Shown here piece by piece: positions 37,192-50,397 of a stretch of 64,000 bases of DNA. Numbering within the stretch: the first letter of the stretch is position 1; each line of letters begins with the position of its first letter. The DNA is from Marsupella aquatica. Its lineage: Eukaryota; Plantae; Marchantiophyta. The stretch is from contig OZ316895.1 of NCBI GenBank assembly GCA_973895155.1, positions 12,717,929 through 12,781,928 on the forward strand, in the 5' to 3' direction. The notes under the pieces were generated by a model. It searched no databases. It had not been told where the DNA came from and saw only the letters and a program-made list of their open reading frames with translations. The position numbers were made by a program, and so were the translations under genes.

Positions 37192-37890
37192 TTCACCACC
37201 CTGGCGAAAAGAATAATCCTTACAAATTACGCTGATTTAAGGGCTCCCTCGTCTTCTTCCCACAGCCCTGATTTTCCGGCTCATTCTTCTTTTAATAAAT
37301 TTCTCATTTATTGATGTGTGGATTATTCGAAGGAAAAGGCCCAAGTGCATCGACCATTGTTCCTCGAATTGCTTCCACCAGGCTATGGATTGCTGCCCCA
37401 CCCACACAGCACGCAGGACGGACGAGACGGAGGGACGCCCATGGAGACAGACAGAAAATGAACTCCAGAATTTGTGCGTGCTAGCTTTGAATTCTCTAGT
37501 GGGCTGCTTGAGATGAAATTCTCCCCACACCTGCGAGGTAGGCTGCATATGAATGAATGAATGTCCGACCGTCTCTTGACGCTAAAGGGAGAGTAAACTA
37601 GAGTGGGCAGTGACGCTGCTGCCACTCACCGATTCATTGAGTGAGATCTCCATCCTCTGCGCCGATCTGGTTTGCAGCAGAGGGTCCGTAGCCAGTGGGA
37701 GAGGGGGTAGAGAGAGAGAAAGAGAGAAACAGAAGCTCTGCTGTAAGGAAACAGGAATTTCCGTCTGCCATCTTCTTTCTCCTTTCTTCCCTACGAACAA
37801 TCCTATCCTCACACCGGTGATCGTGTGAGGGTCTTGGGTTTTGCGGGTCACGTTCCACTATAGAGGGAGCAAAGCGAGAGGTAGGAAGAG

Positions 37891-39504
37891 ATGGCTTTAG
37901 CACAGGCTGGGGCACCCGCGGCAGTGTGGACTTCTCGCCCAGTCCAGCAGGGCCTCCACCGCGAGTATAGCGACAGCAACCTCAACAGGAGCAGTGTGAG
38001 CTTGGCTTACCGACGGTGTAGCGTTGCTGGAGCCACCATTTCGCTCAATCTTCCAACCAGCCGCTCCGGAAGCGTTGTGGAAGCTGCTACTGGCGTAATT
38101 TCTTCCCGATTGCGGGTGGTGCAAGCCGTTGCTGCCAAAGAGGCTGTGGAGAATGTTGAGCCTACCTCGACTGCTGCATCTCAGGTCAGTTCGTGTGGGG
38201 CTTGAAACTACAGTAGCTGCAATCGATTGAGAATGTAAAGAACTGAGCTTAAGTTTGTGAACCTCCAGCAAGAAGGCTGCTATCTTTTCCCTAAATCTTT
38301 TGAAATGGCCGAAGTTTTTCTATCGGCTATGGCGAAACGCATGGGCAATGGTTCGTAATTGTAGATTGTTTATTAGTTTTCTCCGAGCTGGTTGGTCAAT
38401 TATTCAAAGTGAAGATGTTATCGGAGAAACTATGGTACGTTATACGACTCACCTTGAGTTGTGCAGGGGTCCTCAGATTAAGCGTTTGGAAAAGAAAAGG
38501 TAGCATGTGAGAATCACCTAGTCAATGACCAAGTTAATTCTTAGCGGTACTGATACAATCATTTCTGGCACATCAATGGGCTCTATGTATGTAAAATAGG
38601 TGTAATTGAAAGGTCCTTCATTCCTGAGTTCATCTTAGCGTAAGCAGAGAGATACTAATTACAAAATCTGTCTCACCTGGAAGTTCCCTGTTACCAACCA
38701 CCGTTAAGCTCAAAAGAGATGTTAAGTCAGGGGGACGATAGGAACCATTAAATTGGGACCAATATTCCATACTCTTTTTTCCATGGTTTTAGATTCTGGG
38801 TCTCATGTTACAGCGAAGTGCATGCGTAGGAGCTGCTCATGATGATTCTGATGGTTTTTGATGCAGAAAACCCAGTATCATTTTGTCGTGGCTAATGCCA
38901 AGTTTATGCTCGATGAAGAGGAGCATTTTCAAGAGTTGATGAGAGAGCGGTTGAGGTATTTCGGTGAGCAGGATAAGGAGCAAGACTTTTGGCTCGTCAT
39001 TGAACCAGAGTTCTTGGCCAGTTTTCCTGACATTTCAAAACGTCTCGGTAGACCTGCTGTAGCCCTCGTCTCCACTGATGCCACTTGGATCACGTAAGTT
39101 GTCGAGAGCAAATTACATGATTGCTTATTTTGCTGTTGTTCTGAAGATCCTCATTTATGGGCAGGGAGTCAAATGACTTTTAAGAAAACACACTCGTGAC
39201 AAATAGGAGAGAGGAGCAATGATAGAAACGTTTGAGAGAGCAACCCAAGAATAGATGCTACATTCGGAATGCACTGTGTTTTGTCTTTCATTTTTGACTT
39301 CGTGTATATCGCTTGCGTACCAGGTTCATGAAATTAAGGCTGGATCGCGTTCTTAAGGGAGCTTTCGAGGCTGATACTGTAGCTGAAGCACTAGCCGGGG
39401 GAAATTCCTCTACTGGGCTCAATTTCGAAACGCCAGGAGTATGGACAGCCCCATATGCCAAATATGAAGGCCCCTGGTGGACTCCTTTCCTTCCACCACA
39501 ATAG
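37891..39504 (+). CDS. YCF54: YCF54 (LCAA), auxiliary subunit of Mg-protoporphyrin IX monomethyl ester cyclase, chloroplast-targeted; exons 37891-38184, 38867-39093, 39324-39504
   Basis: YHFVVANAKFMLDEEEHFQE..ERLRYFGE..KEQDFWLVIEPEFL..RPAVALVSTD..WIT|FMKLRLDRVL..WTAPYAKYEGPWWTPFLP. GT-AG junctions join in frame (TCAG|gtcagt, atgcag|AAA, AC|gtaagt, accag|G). Exon 1 is a Ser/Ala/Arg-rich transit peptide. Confidence 0.96.
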
Positions 39505-42222
39505 ATGGTTGAGTGTAAGTATTCCCGATCCTTTTTGCGAGACATTATGAAAATTATGCTGTTCGTTACGGTGGACTATACTGCTAAGGGATGGCCTGAG
39601 GTTAGATTTAGGTTTCAGTTGAAAGAAAGTGCCCATAGTTTGCTAAGAAGACTAAGAACAGGGGCTTCTATATTTATTCATGTTTTGGACAAAATCAAAG
39701 CTGCAATCATGGAAAATAGCTAGATAAGAAGTGATTACCATGCAATTTTGACGTGGTAAAGTCTTTTGGAGCATTGTTAAGTGTGGAATCACACTCATCA
39801 CTGAAGGAAACACTGTGGGCAGCTGTCGAACCCTCGTCCACATCTACTCGCCAAAACTTGAGAGGACTTGTTGCATAGTACTGAACTCGGATCGATGAAT
39901 GCTATAACCCACACATTAGAATTTTCAACATTGCAGCTCCTATGTCGGCATATGACGTTGCTGGGCCCTGCGTAACAGTCAGAACGACGGATGAGTCTCA
40001 AGAGTTATTTGATAGTATTCTTGTCGAATGCAACGCGAATGAGTAACAGGACTTGATTGAAAATATTTCAGTTCAACAATATTTTTACACCATGACCAGG
40101 GAAGTGTACGAACGCAAAACATTGGGGCGGGGGCGGGGGGTGACAAAGTTTGGAAACCTGCACTGTGTCGAGAGTAAATCGTTTTGAAGCAAAAGACCAT
40201 AAACACTCGTGCTCATTCCATGCCCAACGGACCAGACCAGCAATACCGCAATCAGGTTCTCCCTTCTGTATTCGTGAAAGGCAACTGCAACGAAGCCGAG
40301 CTTGAAAACTGGTTGGAAGTGCTATCAATCAGATCGGGGAACTCCAAAAGATTCGAGCTTTCACTGCGCAACATCGATCATAACGATGCTAATATTTATT
40401 TCTAAGAAGTAGATGAAGCTAGGTAGATCATTAAACTCATCACAGCAAAACAGAGAACACCTTCAGAAACATTGCTGTGCCTATGGAAAAGTTTCGTCTC
40501 TGTTGGAGAAGCGTATAAAGTAAAAGAGCTCTTGTTACTGAGTAAGTGTGGCGACACGCTCAATTGTTGAACCCAACCAATGCAGGATATCATCTCAAAA
40601 CCACTCAAAACATTTAAATTGTAAATGTGACTAAAGTGAGGCTTACTGTGCACTGGTAGGCAAGAATTAGATTAACATTGCATTCTACACATGCTGCAGT
40701 ACACTCTTACAGATTGTAGGTAAACCAAACCAAATGTCCTAGCTCTTTCCACAGACCAAGATGCGTGGTACTCAAAAGCGGATCAAGGACAAATTGCCCA
40801 CTCTACACTTATAACAACAACTTCCGTGCAAATCTGATATTGAGGATAGACAACCTCGTCACAGGGACATGTTTTACCATCAGGTGACGTTTTATGGCGA
40901 AACCTAGTTTGCGTTTCTAAACCTGGATTTTGTTTGGCATATATTGAAATTGTCATAATGTCTTGCTGTATCCATATTCATTATTCTACCGATTTAGAAG
41001 GTCTCCTAAATGATTTTTATATACAAGCTGAGTGCCTTTTATTTGTACCCCTGTAGCTGGAACCAAGATTTCATTTATGGGAGATCCTAGATGGAGGATG
41101 TCCAAAAAAAATACCTACTAGCTAGATTTTGAGGGCATTGAAAAAGTTCATCGATGGGCAAGTCCACACGGGGACGTCCAGAAAATAACCACAGACTTAC
41201 AAGGGTTAATGGTTCACACATGCACAGACCACTCCGTTTTGTTCAGCTCCATGCAGACAGTTTTTTCAGGGCAAAAAGACGTTTTCTGGGGTTTACGGTT
41301 TAGATGCCGAAGATGGGATATTTGCTTTATGAAAGTCAAAAAGTGTACACACTAGGCTTACACTTACAAGCGACCTCTTATTTAGGTTCTGAGATAGCGA
41401 GACTGGCTGATGAACATGATGAGCTCCACGATTTGAGTTTACTTTCGGGAAAAAGACAAAGAAAAAGTGTACACACTTTTCACAGTGCCAGGGCCAGTCT
41501 TGCTGCCATTCCACATCCTGTTGTTGGGATTCTACAGCAACAGGTCCTTTCTATGAGCCTAGCACCCCAGTATGGAGATCTGAGCCTACAAGCTCTGTGT
41601 GTATGGCTCTCTACGTCACCTGCCCACACAGAGAGGTGTTATGCACCCCACCCAAAAAATTAAGCTCTGGGCGGGAATCGAACCCCAGATTGTACTGTCC
41701 CAAATTTGTTCAGTAGGCAGCTTGAAAGTCACAGATTGCTCCAAACGTTTTTTGCTCCAACAAAATTACTTTCATTATTTCATAAAATACTGGGGTTTAT
41801 CAAAATAAACATTTTGTAGGTTTTGTGCACCAGGAGTCAAGTAATGATACCCTGTGTAGTGGGGGTAAACCTGACCCGAAGATCTAATTAAAGTGTTTCA
41901 TGAAATTACAATTGCCCAGAGTCCCACGGGCCTGGTTAAGTACTGAATACATCTTTGGGATCCGACAATTACTTAAGAGGGGTCTAGTTAACTTCTTTGA
42001 GGCAAAAAGAGACTAAATGCTGCTTCCTACTGTCCTGTAGGAGGGGAAAAAGAATATAGCAACCCTCCGAAATGGGTGAATCACAAACACGCAGTGGCGA
42101 TTCCCTTCTCAATCAGTGCTGCCATTCAGGGAGCAGAGGCAATTGTGACCTAGCCATGTTGTCTACCAAGTCCAGAATTTGAAAGACTTGGAAAGTTAGA
42201 CAAAAATGGCAAAATACCCAAG

Positions 42223-42289
42223 AACGTGGAAGATCCAAAATCTGTCTCATTATAACACGTGGAAGATCCAAAATTTGTCTCATTATAAC
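42223..42289 (+). repeat. 33-bp tandem duplication
   Basis: acgtggaagatccaaaatYtgtctcattataac, two copies. Confidence 0.8.
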
Positions 42290-43093
42290 ATCCAAGTGCT
42301 TTATATGGTTTACATAAGGTCTGCCTTGTAGACAGGAGAGGGAGCATCTCCCAACTCTAAGAACTTGCCAGGGATTCCACACTCTCTCTCAAATAAGAGC
42401 ATCTCCAGCAGTGGGGTCAAATGAGCTTGTAGTTGCTAAAAAGAGCATATATGGGCTGACTTGAAAGGGTGGGTTCCCAGCAGTACATGGCCTGTATCCC
42501 CAAATAAATGCCAACCATCCTCCCTTTTCACAACCTAGCTGCCATATTTGGTAGAAATTGCAGAACAGAGAGAGTACCCCTATCTTGTTCTGTATTCCCA
42601 TCTAGGTGAGATATGCCACCACATGTCACACGATCCTGGATCTGCTTGACATTTTCAACCTAGACATAAACCTAGATTTTGAACAACACATAATGTCGGA
42701 AGAATAGAGGTCAAGGAAAGGGATGACTTATGACTGAATCCAATATAAGGTTTATAAAAATTCCTGGCCTCCATATGATGAGTTAGATTTCTGGAAATGC
42801 TGTAAGGCAATGTTCCAATCATAACTCGACCTTAAGGTAGCCTGTGAGTTGCACTATGGATATATTCTGGGCTCTATTTTGCGCCAAATCTGTACTCACC
42901 CTGTTTGTGAGGGTCACCCATATACATTGAATAAAATATCTCATGAAGCAACACCAGTAAGTTATCTTCTTCACAACTCACGCATATGGAAATGATATGT
43001 CCAATGGCGTTCATTCTTTGTCCTTTCCTGCTTATCGAAGTGATTAGAGGACATTTTGTAAGGTAGAATGTCCATGCGTATATTTTGTCTCAA

Positions 43094-43310
43094 CAGCTTT
43101 TAATGACATTGCCATTAAAGAAGTTCTAATTTATAATATTATCATTATTATTTTTATGTTTACAAATATGTCACTGTTTTTGAATTATTCTCCTGGTTAT
43201 TTTGTTGAATTTATTATATATATATATGAAACCGTGACATATTTATAAATAAAAACAACACCCATATCATTAACTTAAATATCTTTAGTTACAAAGTAAT
43301 TAAAAGTTTA
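43094..43310. mobile_element. AT-rich fold-back MITE with a 9-bp direct flank
   Basis: Imperfect long inverted arms around a central (TA)n. TTGTCTCAA at 43085-43093 and 43311-43319. Confidence 0.6.
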
Positions 43311-43658
43311 TTGTCTCAAAACTGTAGTCTCGATGTATATGAGTGTCAACCATAATCATACAGCGTACTCATCCCAGTTATCTCCTTCACAAGTCCCATA
43401 TATGGGAATTATAAAATGGCGTTCCTTCTTTGACCTTTCCTGGTTATCCGAGTGATTAGTAGGTCCGAATCGTATCCAAATCGCATCTTAAATACTCATT
43501 CGTACAGCCGCCAATAGTACAAAAATGGTTTCTGCGGATGTACGTAGTGCACCACTTTGTGGCGTGGACCGTCGCCGGACCAAAACACTGAGTGACCTCT
43601 GCCCCCGTACCTATTCATAACAAGATGAGGACCCAAATTACGTGCCACGGACATGACT

Positions 43659-43736
43659 GTACCCTGGACCTGTATCTCGGATCTGTACCACGGACCCGTA
43701 CCACGGACAAGTACCACGAACGAGTTCCACCGAGGG
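43659..43736 (+). repeat. 13-bp minisatellite, consensus GTACCACGGACNN, about 6 units
   Basis: gtaccctggacct gtatctcggatct gtaccacggaccc gtaccacggacaa gtaccacgaacga gttccaccgaggg. Confidence 0.8.
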
Positions 43737-44008
43737 ACAGAGGTCACCTTTCTGTGCAATTCGTATGACCCTATTCCCTTAGGTCACCTTTTTGTTTAAT
43801 TCGTCTGAGAAACAAACGGTGTGCCCTAGTTCCGTATAGCAGGTCTTTTTCAAGGTTTGGGGCAAGTAGCCAATGTGGCGACTTCCCATAATCCCATTGG
43901 AGTGCCTAAGTCTAGCTTATGAGAAACGGTGTGCCAGGGTACCGTCAGCAGGATTTTTTCAAGGTGTGGGCCAAGTGGCCACTGCCCATTCGGGTGCTAG
44001 GTTCCAGT

Positions 44009-44520
44009 AAGGGCTAGGTTCCATGGGCCAGGGGGACAGGGAGTAAGATTACTCCCTCTACACCCCTTGGGGTTCAAATAAGAGTATGCCAAAATGTACA
44101 TAGTATTTTAAATATATAAATTGTGACTTTAGAGCCCATGAGAATACTCTATCTTGTCACTATATAGGGGTAGGGGGTACCCCTAGAATTTAACAGAGAG
44201 TGTCAGGGAAAATCATATTCCTTATTATTATTGTATTTGTATACTTCTCATTCCCTGGAAAATCTATAATCTTCTGGAAAATCTGTAATCTATTGACTCA
44301 AATATGCTGACACACATGTGCACTCCCAGTCCCACTAACCTAGCCCTAACTATTATGGCTAGTATTTACAGTGATAATCCAATGCATTCTCATTGGCTCT
44401 AAAGTCAAAACTCATATATTTAAAATACTGTTTACAGATTGGCATATGGTGTATTTGGGACCAAGGGTGTCAGGAAGAGTGATCATATTCCCTGCCCCTG
44501 GCCCATGGAACCTAGCCCTG
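44009..44520. mobile_element. About 510-bp non-autonomous TIR element (hAT-like CAGGG terminus)
   Basis: (A)AGGGCTAGGTTCCATGGGCCAGGGG versus CCCCTGGCCCATGGAACCTAGCCCTG, a 25-bp perfect match. No TSD visible. Confidence 0.7.
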
Positions 44521-45596
44521 CAGAGGCAGGGACCACATGGATCCATACCTCAAGAGGAGTGGCAACCTGTCTTTTGTGAAAGGAGTACTTAGGTCTGAGG
44601 AACCTGGTGGCCACAAGGGTAAATAAGAAGATTTGGCAAGTTGGAATCAGAATTGTAGATAGAAGAATTGAGAAAACTAAATCATAAATCATTGGTTAGC
44701 CAAGTGAAGAAAAATAAGGCCGTGTTAGAAGCAACTAAACTAAATTGTAAATCAATATTGCAACAGTTGTCGACAATGTGAAGTAATGTGAAGTGAACCC
44801 ATCCACTCCACATACTCCACATACTCCCAAGCCTGGTTACCAGGTATATAGTACCTGCCTGGTACACAGCCAGATAAGCAAGCAGTGAGGAGGAGGTGAC
44901 GATCAGATTACACTTCCGTGCTAGGACACTGGCAAGCCAGGGTCACACTGTCTTGGGATGGGCTGGCGAGCCTATACAGTCAACCCTCAGGAGTCCTCAG
45001 TACATATTGTCATGTCACCTCACCATGGCCCATTTTTCAAGTTTATTTTCAAATCTGCTCTTGTTAAGGTGGCACCAATTAATCTGAAGGCAATACTTGG
45101 GAAATAATTTTGGCCAATTTTGAAAACCCTGCCTTATAGCCTGCGCTAGATCTGACGGAGGAAGGATTGGTGTATCCGTGATTCTGCTTTCTATCAGACT
45201 AGTACTAAGAAACTTTCCATGCAGTTCGAGCTTTGTGGGTCTGAGGTGCAATTGGATACGTGGGTTGGATTTACATCGACTTGCACGTACCCAGACGACG
45301 TCATTAACAGGTCTCAGCACATGGCCGATCTGAGGGATCTGCCTCTCATCTTCTCCTCAAGTGTGCGTCCTGCCTCTTTCTCGCGTCCGTCACTCTTGCT
45401 ATTCCTCAATCGTTGAGAATTCTCCTGCTGCGCTCCTGTTTGTGGACACGCCCATGTACGATATATAAGTTGCAGAGAATTGACGACCATTGTCCCGACG
45501 TCATCTCGGGTTTTCAGAGCGTTCTGGCATTCTAAAAAAATGTAGCCTCTGAGGTTTTGTTTTTTCAAGTTTTTGTTCTCGTAGAACTCTATTCCT

Positions 45597-45845
45597 TCGA
45601 TTCTGCGTCTACTCTGATAGACTACATCATCGAGAATTGTTGCTACGCTGCTGATTTCTCTTCTAAATCTCTCGATTCTCCGTTTAATCTTGTAGGCCGT
45701 GTCACCCATCGAGGTAGCAAGTTGGCACTCTTTTGTTTTCTTTTCTTCCCGGCGGATTCCTTCGATTCTCCGTTTAATCTTATAGGTCGTGTCACCGAGA
45801 TAGTTGCCACTCTTTTGTTTTCTCTTCTTCCCCGCGGATTTCTTC
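45597..45845 (+). repeat. About 75-90-bp tandem repeat (two good units and one degenerate) just upstream of the bHLH CDS
   Basis: tcgattctccgtttaatcttRtaggYcgtgtcacc...gttg.cactcttttgttttct.ttcttccc.gcggatt at 45672 and 45762, with a degenerate unit at 45597. Confidence 0.8.
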
Positions 45846-46009
45846 GCAGTCCTGCCAAGCATCCAGTTTCCGTCACCCGGCAAGAAACTCCCCGATTTCG
45901 TCTGCTACTCTCGTCAATAATTTCATCGGTTTTAGTCTCGTATTTTCTGGCCTATACTTAATGAGTTTCAAGTACTCCGACGCATCCGTTTCAATCCGTG
46001 ACTTGTTCA

Positions 46010-47683
46010 ATGGATTACACCCATCTTCAGCGATTTGGTCTCGACGACCCTCTCACGGAAGAGATAAATCTCTGCAGCTCAACTTCTGTGCAGGTGTTTC
46101 CATACCCAGCTCACATTTCTCCGTTTCCACATGTATCGTTGTCCACCCCTGACCCAGCTCTGCTGCAGACAAGTGACCATGCGTGGTTGAAAGGAGTGAA
46201 GATTCCACCGGCTGACAATATTGGTGTTGATACTAGTGGACACTTGCTTCACCAGTGTCCCAATATTGTCATGCAAAACAGTCAGTTCAATCTTCCGGCG
46301 GACATGATGACGACGGCGTTCTCCACCAACTCTTTCCAGTCTGGTAGCGATGTTGCTCCTCATGCTCAATGGAGGCAGATATGCTCTCTCTCTTCTGAAG
46401 ATTACCTAAATGATGCCATGCCTCAGCTCATTTCGGACTCCGGTGTCCAGCAAGCCTGTCTTTACGCCTCGTCCAGCGACTGCCCGCAAGAAACTGATTC
46501 ATCAGGCAGTTCCGAGAGAGCCAGGCCGTCATCGGACCGGTCGTGTTTGGTCGGCTCCTCATCCGAAGAAATGAACTCTAGCTGGCAGATTTCGGACGTG
46601 GTACAAGGAAATTTAGGTGGTTCTACGACTGGATTCCCGCTTGAGGAGCTTACCAACGACTCTTCTTCGGTCGCAGCCCATCTAGATACTCTTAATTCTA
46701 GTCGAAATGCTTTGCGTTCTCTTGTAAGCATTCCAGCGCCTGCTCACGATTGTAGACCATTGGGGCCAGTTTCTTCGATGCCCCCCTGCACGATTGAATT
46801 GAGCAATAGTTTAATAGCCACAGGTCGTGGCAACCAGGATATTCCAATCTTGCATCCGTTTGGCGCTTCTCTTAGTACTCACAGTAACGGTGCCCCGCCT
46901 TACAAGCGGCAGAGAGCTTCGTACACGTTAGAAAATAGCTCCGCGGGGCCTTTGAGCAAACCAGTAAATCCTTCGCTCTCGAGGAGCGCTTCGACCAATA
47001 CCTTGGGGTCTGACTATCCAATGACGTTGTCGAATTTCACCGACGCATTGTACAAAGACTTTCATGTCTCCAGGAGACAGGCAATGTCCTTGCCTAAGCC
47101 AACCGTGTTCGAAGGGGTAGGAGGATCGGCGGCGAAACGAGATCAGCTTGATAAAGATCTAAAATCCCGTCTAGAATATCTCCCGGAATATCTCCGGAAA
47201 CAGAATGCGACTTCTATTGAACCTCAAAGTGTGGCAGCAAGACACAGGAGAAGGAAGATAAGTGAGCGTGTCAGGGTTTTGGAGAAGCTAGTCCCGAGCG
47301 GGAACAAGATGGATACAGCTTCAATGTTAGACGAGTGTATCGAGTACGTCAAGTTTCTGCAGCTGCAAGTGCAGATTCTTGAAACGATGGGAGACATACA
47401 GTATGGGAATTCTGTAACGTCAACTCCCTCACTTTCCAATGAAATCATCGGACGGGGAAAGGATGGACTTGAATCGCTGACCACAAGTAGCTTATCTTCT
47501 CAAGTATCACAAAGTTTCAAGATAATGCAGCTAATGAGGCCAGCAGCGAGTCCTTTCATTTTATCTGAGATCCTCCAGCAGCAGCTGTTCAGGCAGAGAT
47601 TGTGCTTGGTGTCTCTTCGCCAGTGCCCTCCACCACTCGCGGGATCTCGTCATCTGGGACCTACGCTTGATCGGGTTCATTGA
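46010..47683 (+). CDS. bHLH transcription factor, subfamily VIII-like (HEC/IND, BNB, RSL-related), intronless, about 557 aa
   Basis: Long open ORF with the domain [57 protein letters not shown] (about 47213-47383). First in-frame ATG at 46010. Long Ser-rich N-terminus. Confidence 0.9.
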   Translation: MDYTHLQRFGLDDPLTEEINLCSSTSVQVFPYPAHISPFPHVSLSTPDPALLQTSDHAWLKGVKIPPADNIGVDTSGHLLHQCPNIVMQNSQFNLPADMMTTAFSTNSFQSGSDVAPHAQWRQICSLSSEDYLNDAMPQLISDSGVQQACLYASSSDCPQETDSSGSSERARPSSDRSCLVGSSSEEMNSSWQISDVVQGNLGGSTTGFPLEELTNDSSSVAAHLDTLNSSRNALRSLVSIPAPAHDCRPLGPVSSMPPCTIELSNSLIATGRGNQDIPILHPFGASLSTHSNGAPPYKRQRASYTLENSSAGPLSKPVNPSLSRSASTNTLGSDYPMTLSNFTDALYKDFHVSRRQAMSLPKPTVFEGVGGSAAKRDQLDKDLKSRLEYLPEYLRKQNATSIEPQSVAARHRRRKISERVRVLEKLVPSGNKMDTASMLDECIEYVKFLQLQVQILETMGDIQYGNSVTSTPSLSNEIIGRGKDGLESLTTSSLSSQVSQSFKIMQLMRPAASPFILSEILQQQLFRQRLCLVSLRQCPPPLAGSRHLGPTLDRVH

Positions 47684-50397
47684 AGAATAATGCATAGGGT
47701 GCATTTGGGAGGCTTTGTGCTTGTTAATTATCTCGTTTTCTGTGACCTCTGGGATTTGTAATTGATCGATCTCAGCAAAAGCATCCACTGGAACGCCCAT
47801 TCCACCGCCGATCGAGAATGTTGACTTGTGAGTAGAAGACACCTAACCCGGGCCCCATTTGTTTTTTGGCAGTGATATATTATATTATTAGCACCTCTTT
47901 ATGATCAATATTAGATCGGGCAGTATAGTTTGTGGTAGAATCAACAAGCAACCTGGCTGCCATTCGTCGAGATATATATGTACCTCCTTTCATGTGTGTG
48001 GAAGACCGTCCGTTTACAGCATAGTGTGAGCGGGAGTGTGAGAGAACAACAGATTGAAGATTTCGGGCGAATCCTTCTAGAGCATGTTCAAACTGAGACA
48101 TAGCAGTCGAATTGCTGCTTCTATCTCTAGGTACGAATCTGGCATGACCATTCTGAAGTCCAAATTGTACCGACTCTCACCCAATTTCGAATAGCGTGGC
48201 TGGATTCAGACAGTGAAATAGTTGTGACAACTGAATCGAACTCTCTATCTGAAAGTACACCATGTACTCATGACAGTCTTTTTAAATAGTCCCATTAGTT
48301 TGTCTGGATGTAAAGTTTTACTGAGTCATAAAATCATCGCTCCATGCAGTGATGAGATGAATCATGATACAGACGGTGAATTGAATTTCCACACTTGTCC
48401 CGTCGGTCTATTTACCGAAAGACATTCACCCTGGCTTCGTGCCTTTTGTGTCTTGTTTTGGTTTATTCTACCCCTGAGACCTGAGCAGTGCAGACTTACC
48501 GAAAGCCTTTTCGACTGGCACATAGCTTGGAACTTTCTATCCATCACTAGGAACATCGAGACAACTATTTTATCAGCGGATCACTATTTTTAGCTAGGGG
48601 TGAAGGGACGAATATTTGCCCATATATGTATTGGCAGGATTTGAATCGAGGGGACTCCATGGTTCGATCGGGGTTTCAATTAGTAGTTTGAGCCCTTCAA
48701 TGGTGTCTTCCCAAGCCCGCCTTTGCGGTTATTACACATAGACCTTATCTCTCAATGCCGGATATATATATCCAGGCACGAGCTTTCTATCTATCCACAT
48801 TTCAGCAGCCTGTTCAGAAGATGCTCAAAATTCCTCAGATGGGAATCACGGCTGTGCTGCATACAACGATAACCAAAGAAACCCGGGTAGGCCCAAGTAG
48901 CTCTTGGCTGCCTTGGCCAGGGGAAGGAAGTTGGATGAACGTGAGATTCTATGCCCCCATGAGAAATTGTGAAACCTTCTTCAGAAACTCTATGATCATT
49001 GCAGCTTTAATTATGTCTTCGACAGGACGAGTCGAAGACTGCTTACCTCTGTTCGATGCATGTCAGCTACTGAAAGAGCTCGCCGTTCAATACATACGTA
49101 ATAGCACATGAATCAGAAGACATGTGTTAAGAGATCTTCTTCGTTTGTCCAATCACCGTTTCCTCGCCATGTCGATAGAACCTGGTCAAGATGGTCCTGT
49201 ACTTGTCACTTCTGACAGCTTCAATTGTATGTGGTGGCCTATGGTGTTCTTGCTATTATAGCACTTTATTGAGCTCAATTTATTGGTCCTTCGAGTTCAC
49301 CGCATGTTTTTCTATTCTCGTTTCGTTTGCGGTCTTGCATAGGCTCCAAGGTTCTGATCAATGAATGCCTTTCCTATGGGCATTTTTCCTTGGGACGATC
49401 AACACATGAATATATACCTGTGTAATGACTAGAGGCGAGTTCTCAATCATTAGACACCTTTCCCAATTTGCAATTTGATGAGAAGTATGGTAATGTCGAA
49501 ATAGCGCCAAGCGATGCGTAGAGATTATATCTAAATTAATGCAGAGAATACCTTGGACAGGAGCGAAACTAATGAACTTCAGATCTCGAACCTCTCACAG
49601 AAAATTCATCCCTCGTCCTCGTTAGGTTTCAAGAAATTTTGAGGATTGAAGGAAATGCTCAGACAAGGAGATGAGATTGGAAGTGTGCATAGATACTGGC
49701 AGAGAAGAAACAAGTAACGATAAGACTGCACCAAATTATACATCTTTTCGTGCAACTTTGAGGGAAATCGACCAGAGTTTCTTATTCAGAGAATTCGTCT
49801 GGGTGAATGTAGAGATATATAGGCCTCTCCAGAGACTCTACAGAAAATTGTTGATTGCAGCAGACCGTTGCTTGATTTTCATGCCTGTGACTTTGCGGAG
49901 CCTGTTTGTCATGCACTAAATTGCGAAGAATGTCTCCGCCACAGGGTACCTTTTCTGGAGCCACCATCCGCTCCGGTGGGAACCGCACGAAATCAATGTT
50001 TTACCGGATTCTGACCTTGGCAGCTGAGGTTTGCGAATTGCGACAAGAAATTAGATTTAATTTGCTCGTGCGACATGTAAAGAGCGTCGATTTCAACGCT
50101 AGGCTGGGCCCGGTTCATTCTATGGTTCCTCGTGCTGTTCAATTGACGATAAGATAGCGAAACGTGCCGTTGTTTAATCGACGATAAAATATTGATGTGT
50201 ACCTTGACACATGAATATCAGAAGGTTGACATTTAGAATTTGCTACCTCTACACTGATTACCGGTACAATATAGGAAAAAAAAGAGGAGAGGCATTGAGG
50301 AAAGTATTTTGAAGAAGGCAAAGTGTTTGAGGGTGGTTGATTTGAGGGCTTCTCTGATCGAGTTCAGAATGTGGCTGAGACTACAATGAAGAGATCT

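Noticed and set aside
41660-41695. B-box/T-arm-like GGTTCGATTCCCGCCCAGAGC on the minus strand (tRNA or SINE)
   Set aside because: The T-stem is imperfect, and I could not build an A-box, D-arm or anticodon arm upstream.
45314-45961. 189-aa minus-strand and 134-aa plus-strand ORFs
   Set aside because: They are by-products of the pyrimidine-rich tandem repeat, with non-ATG starts and no recognisable domain.
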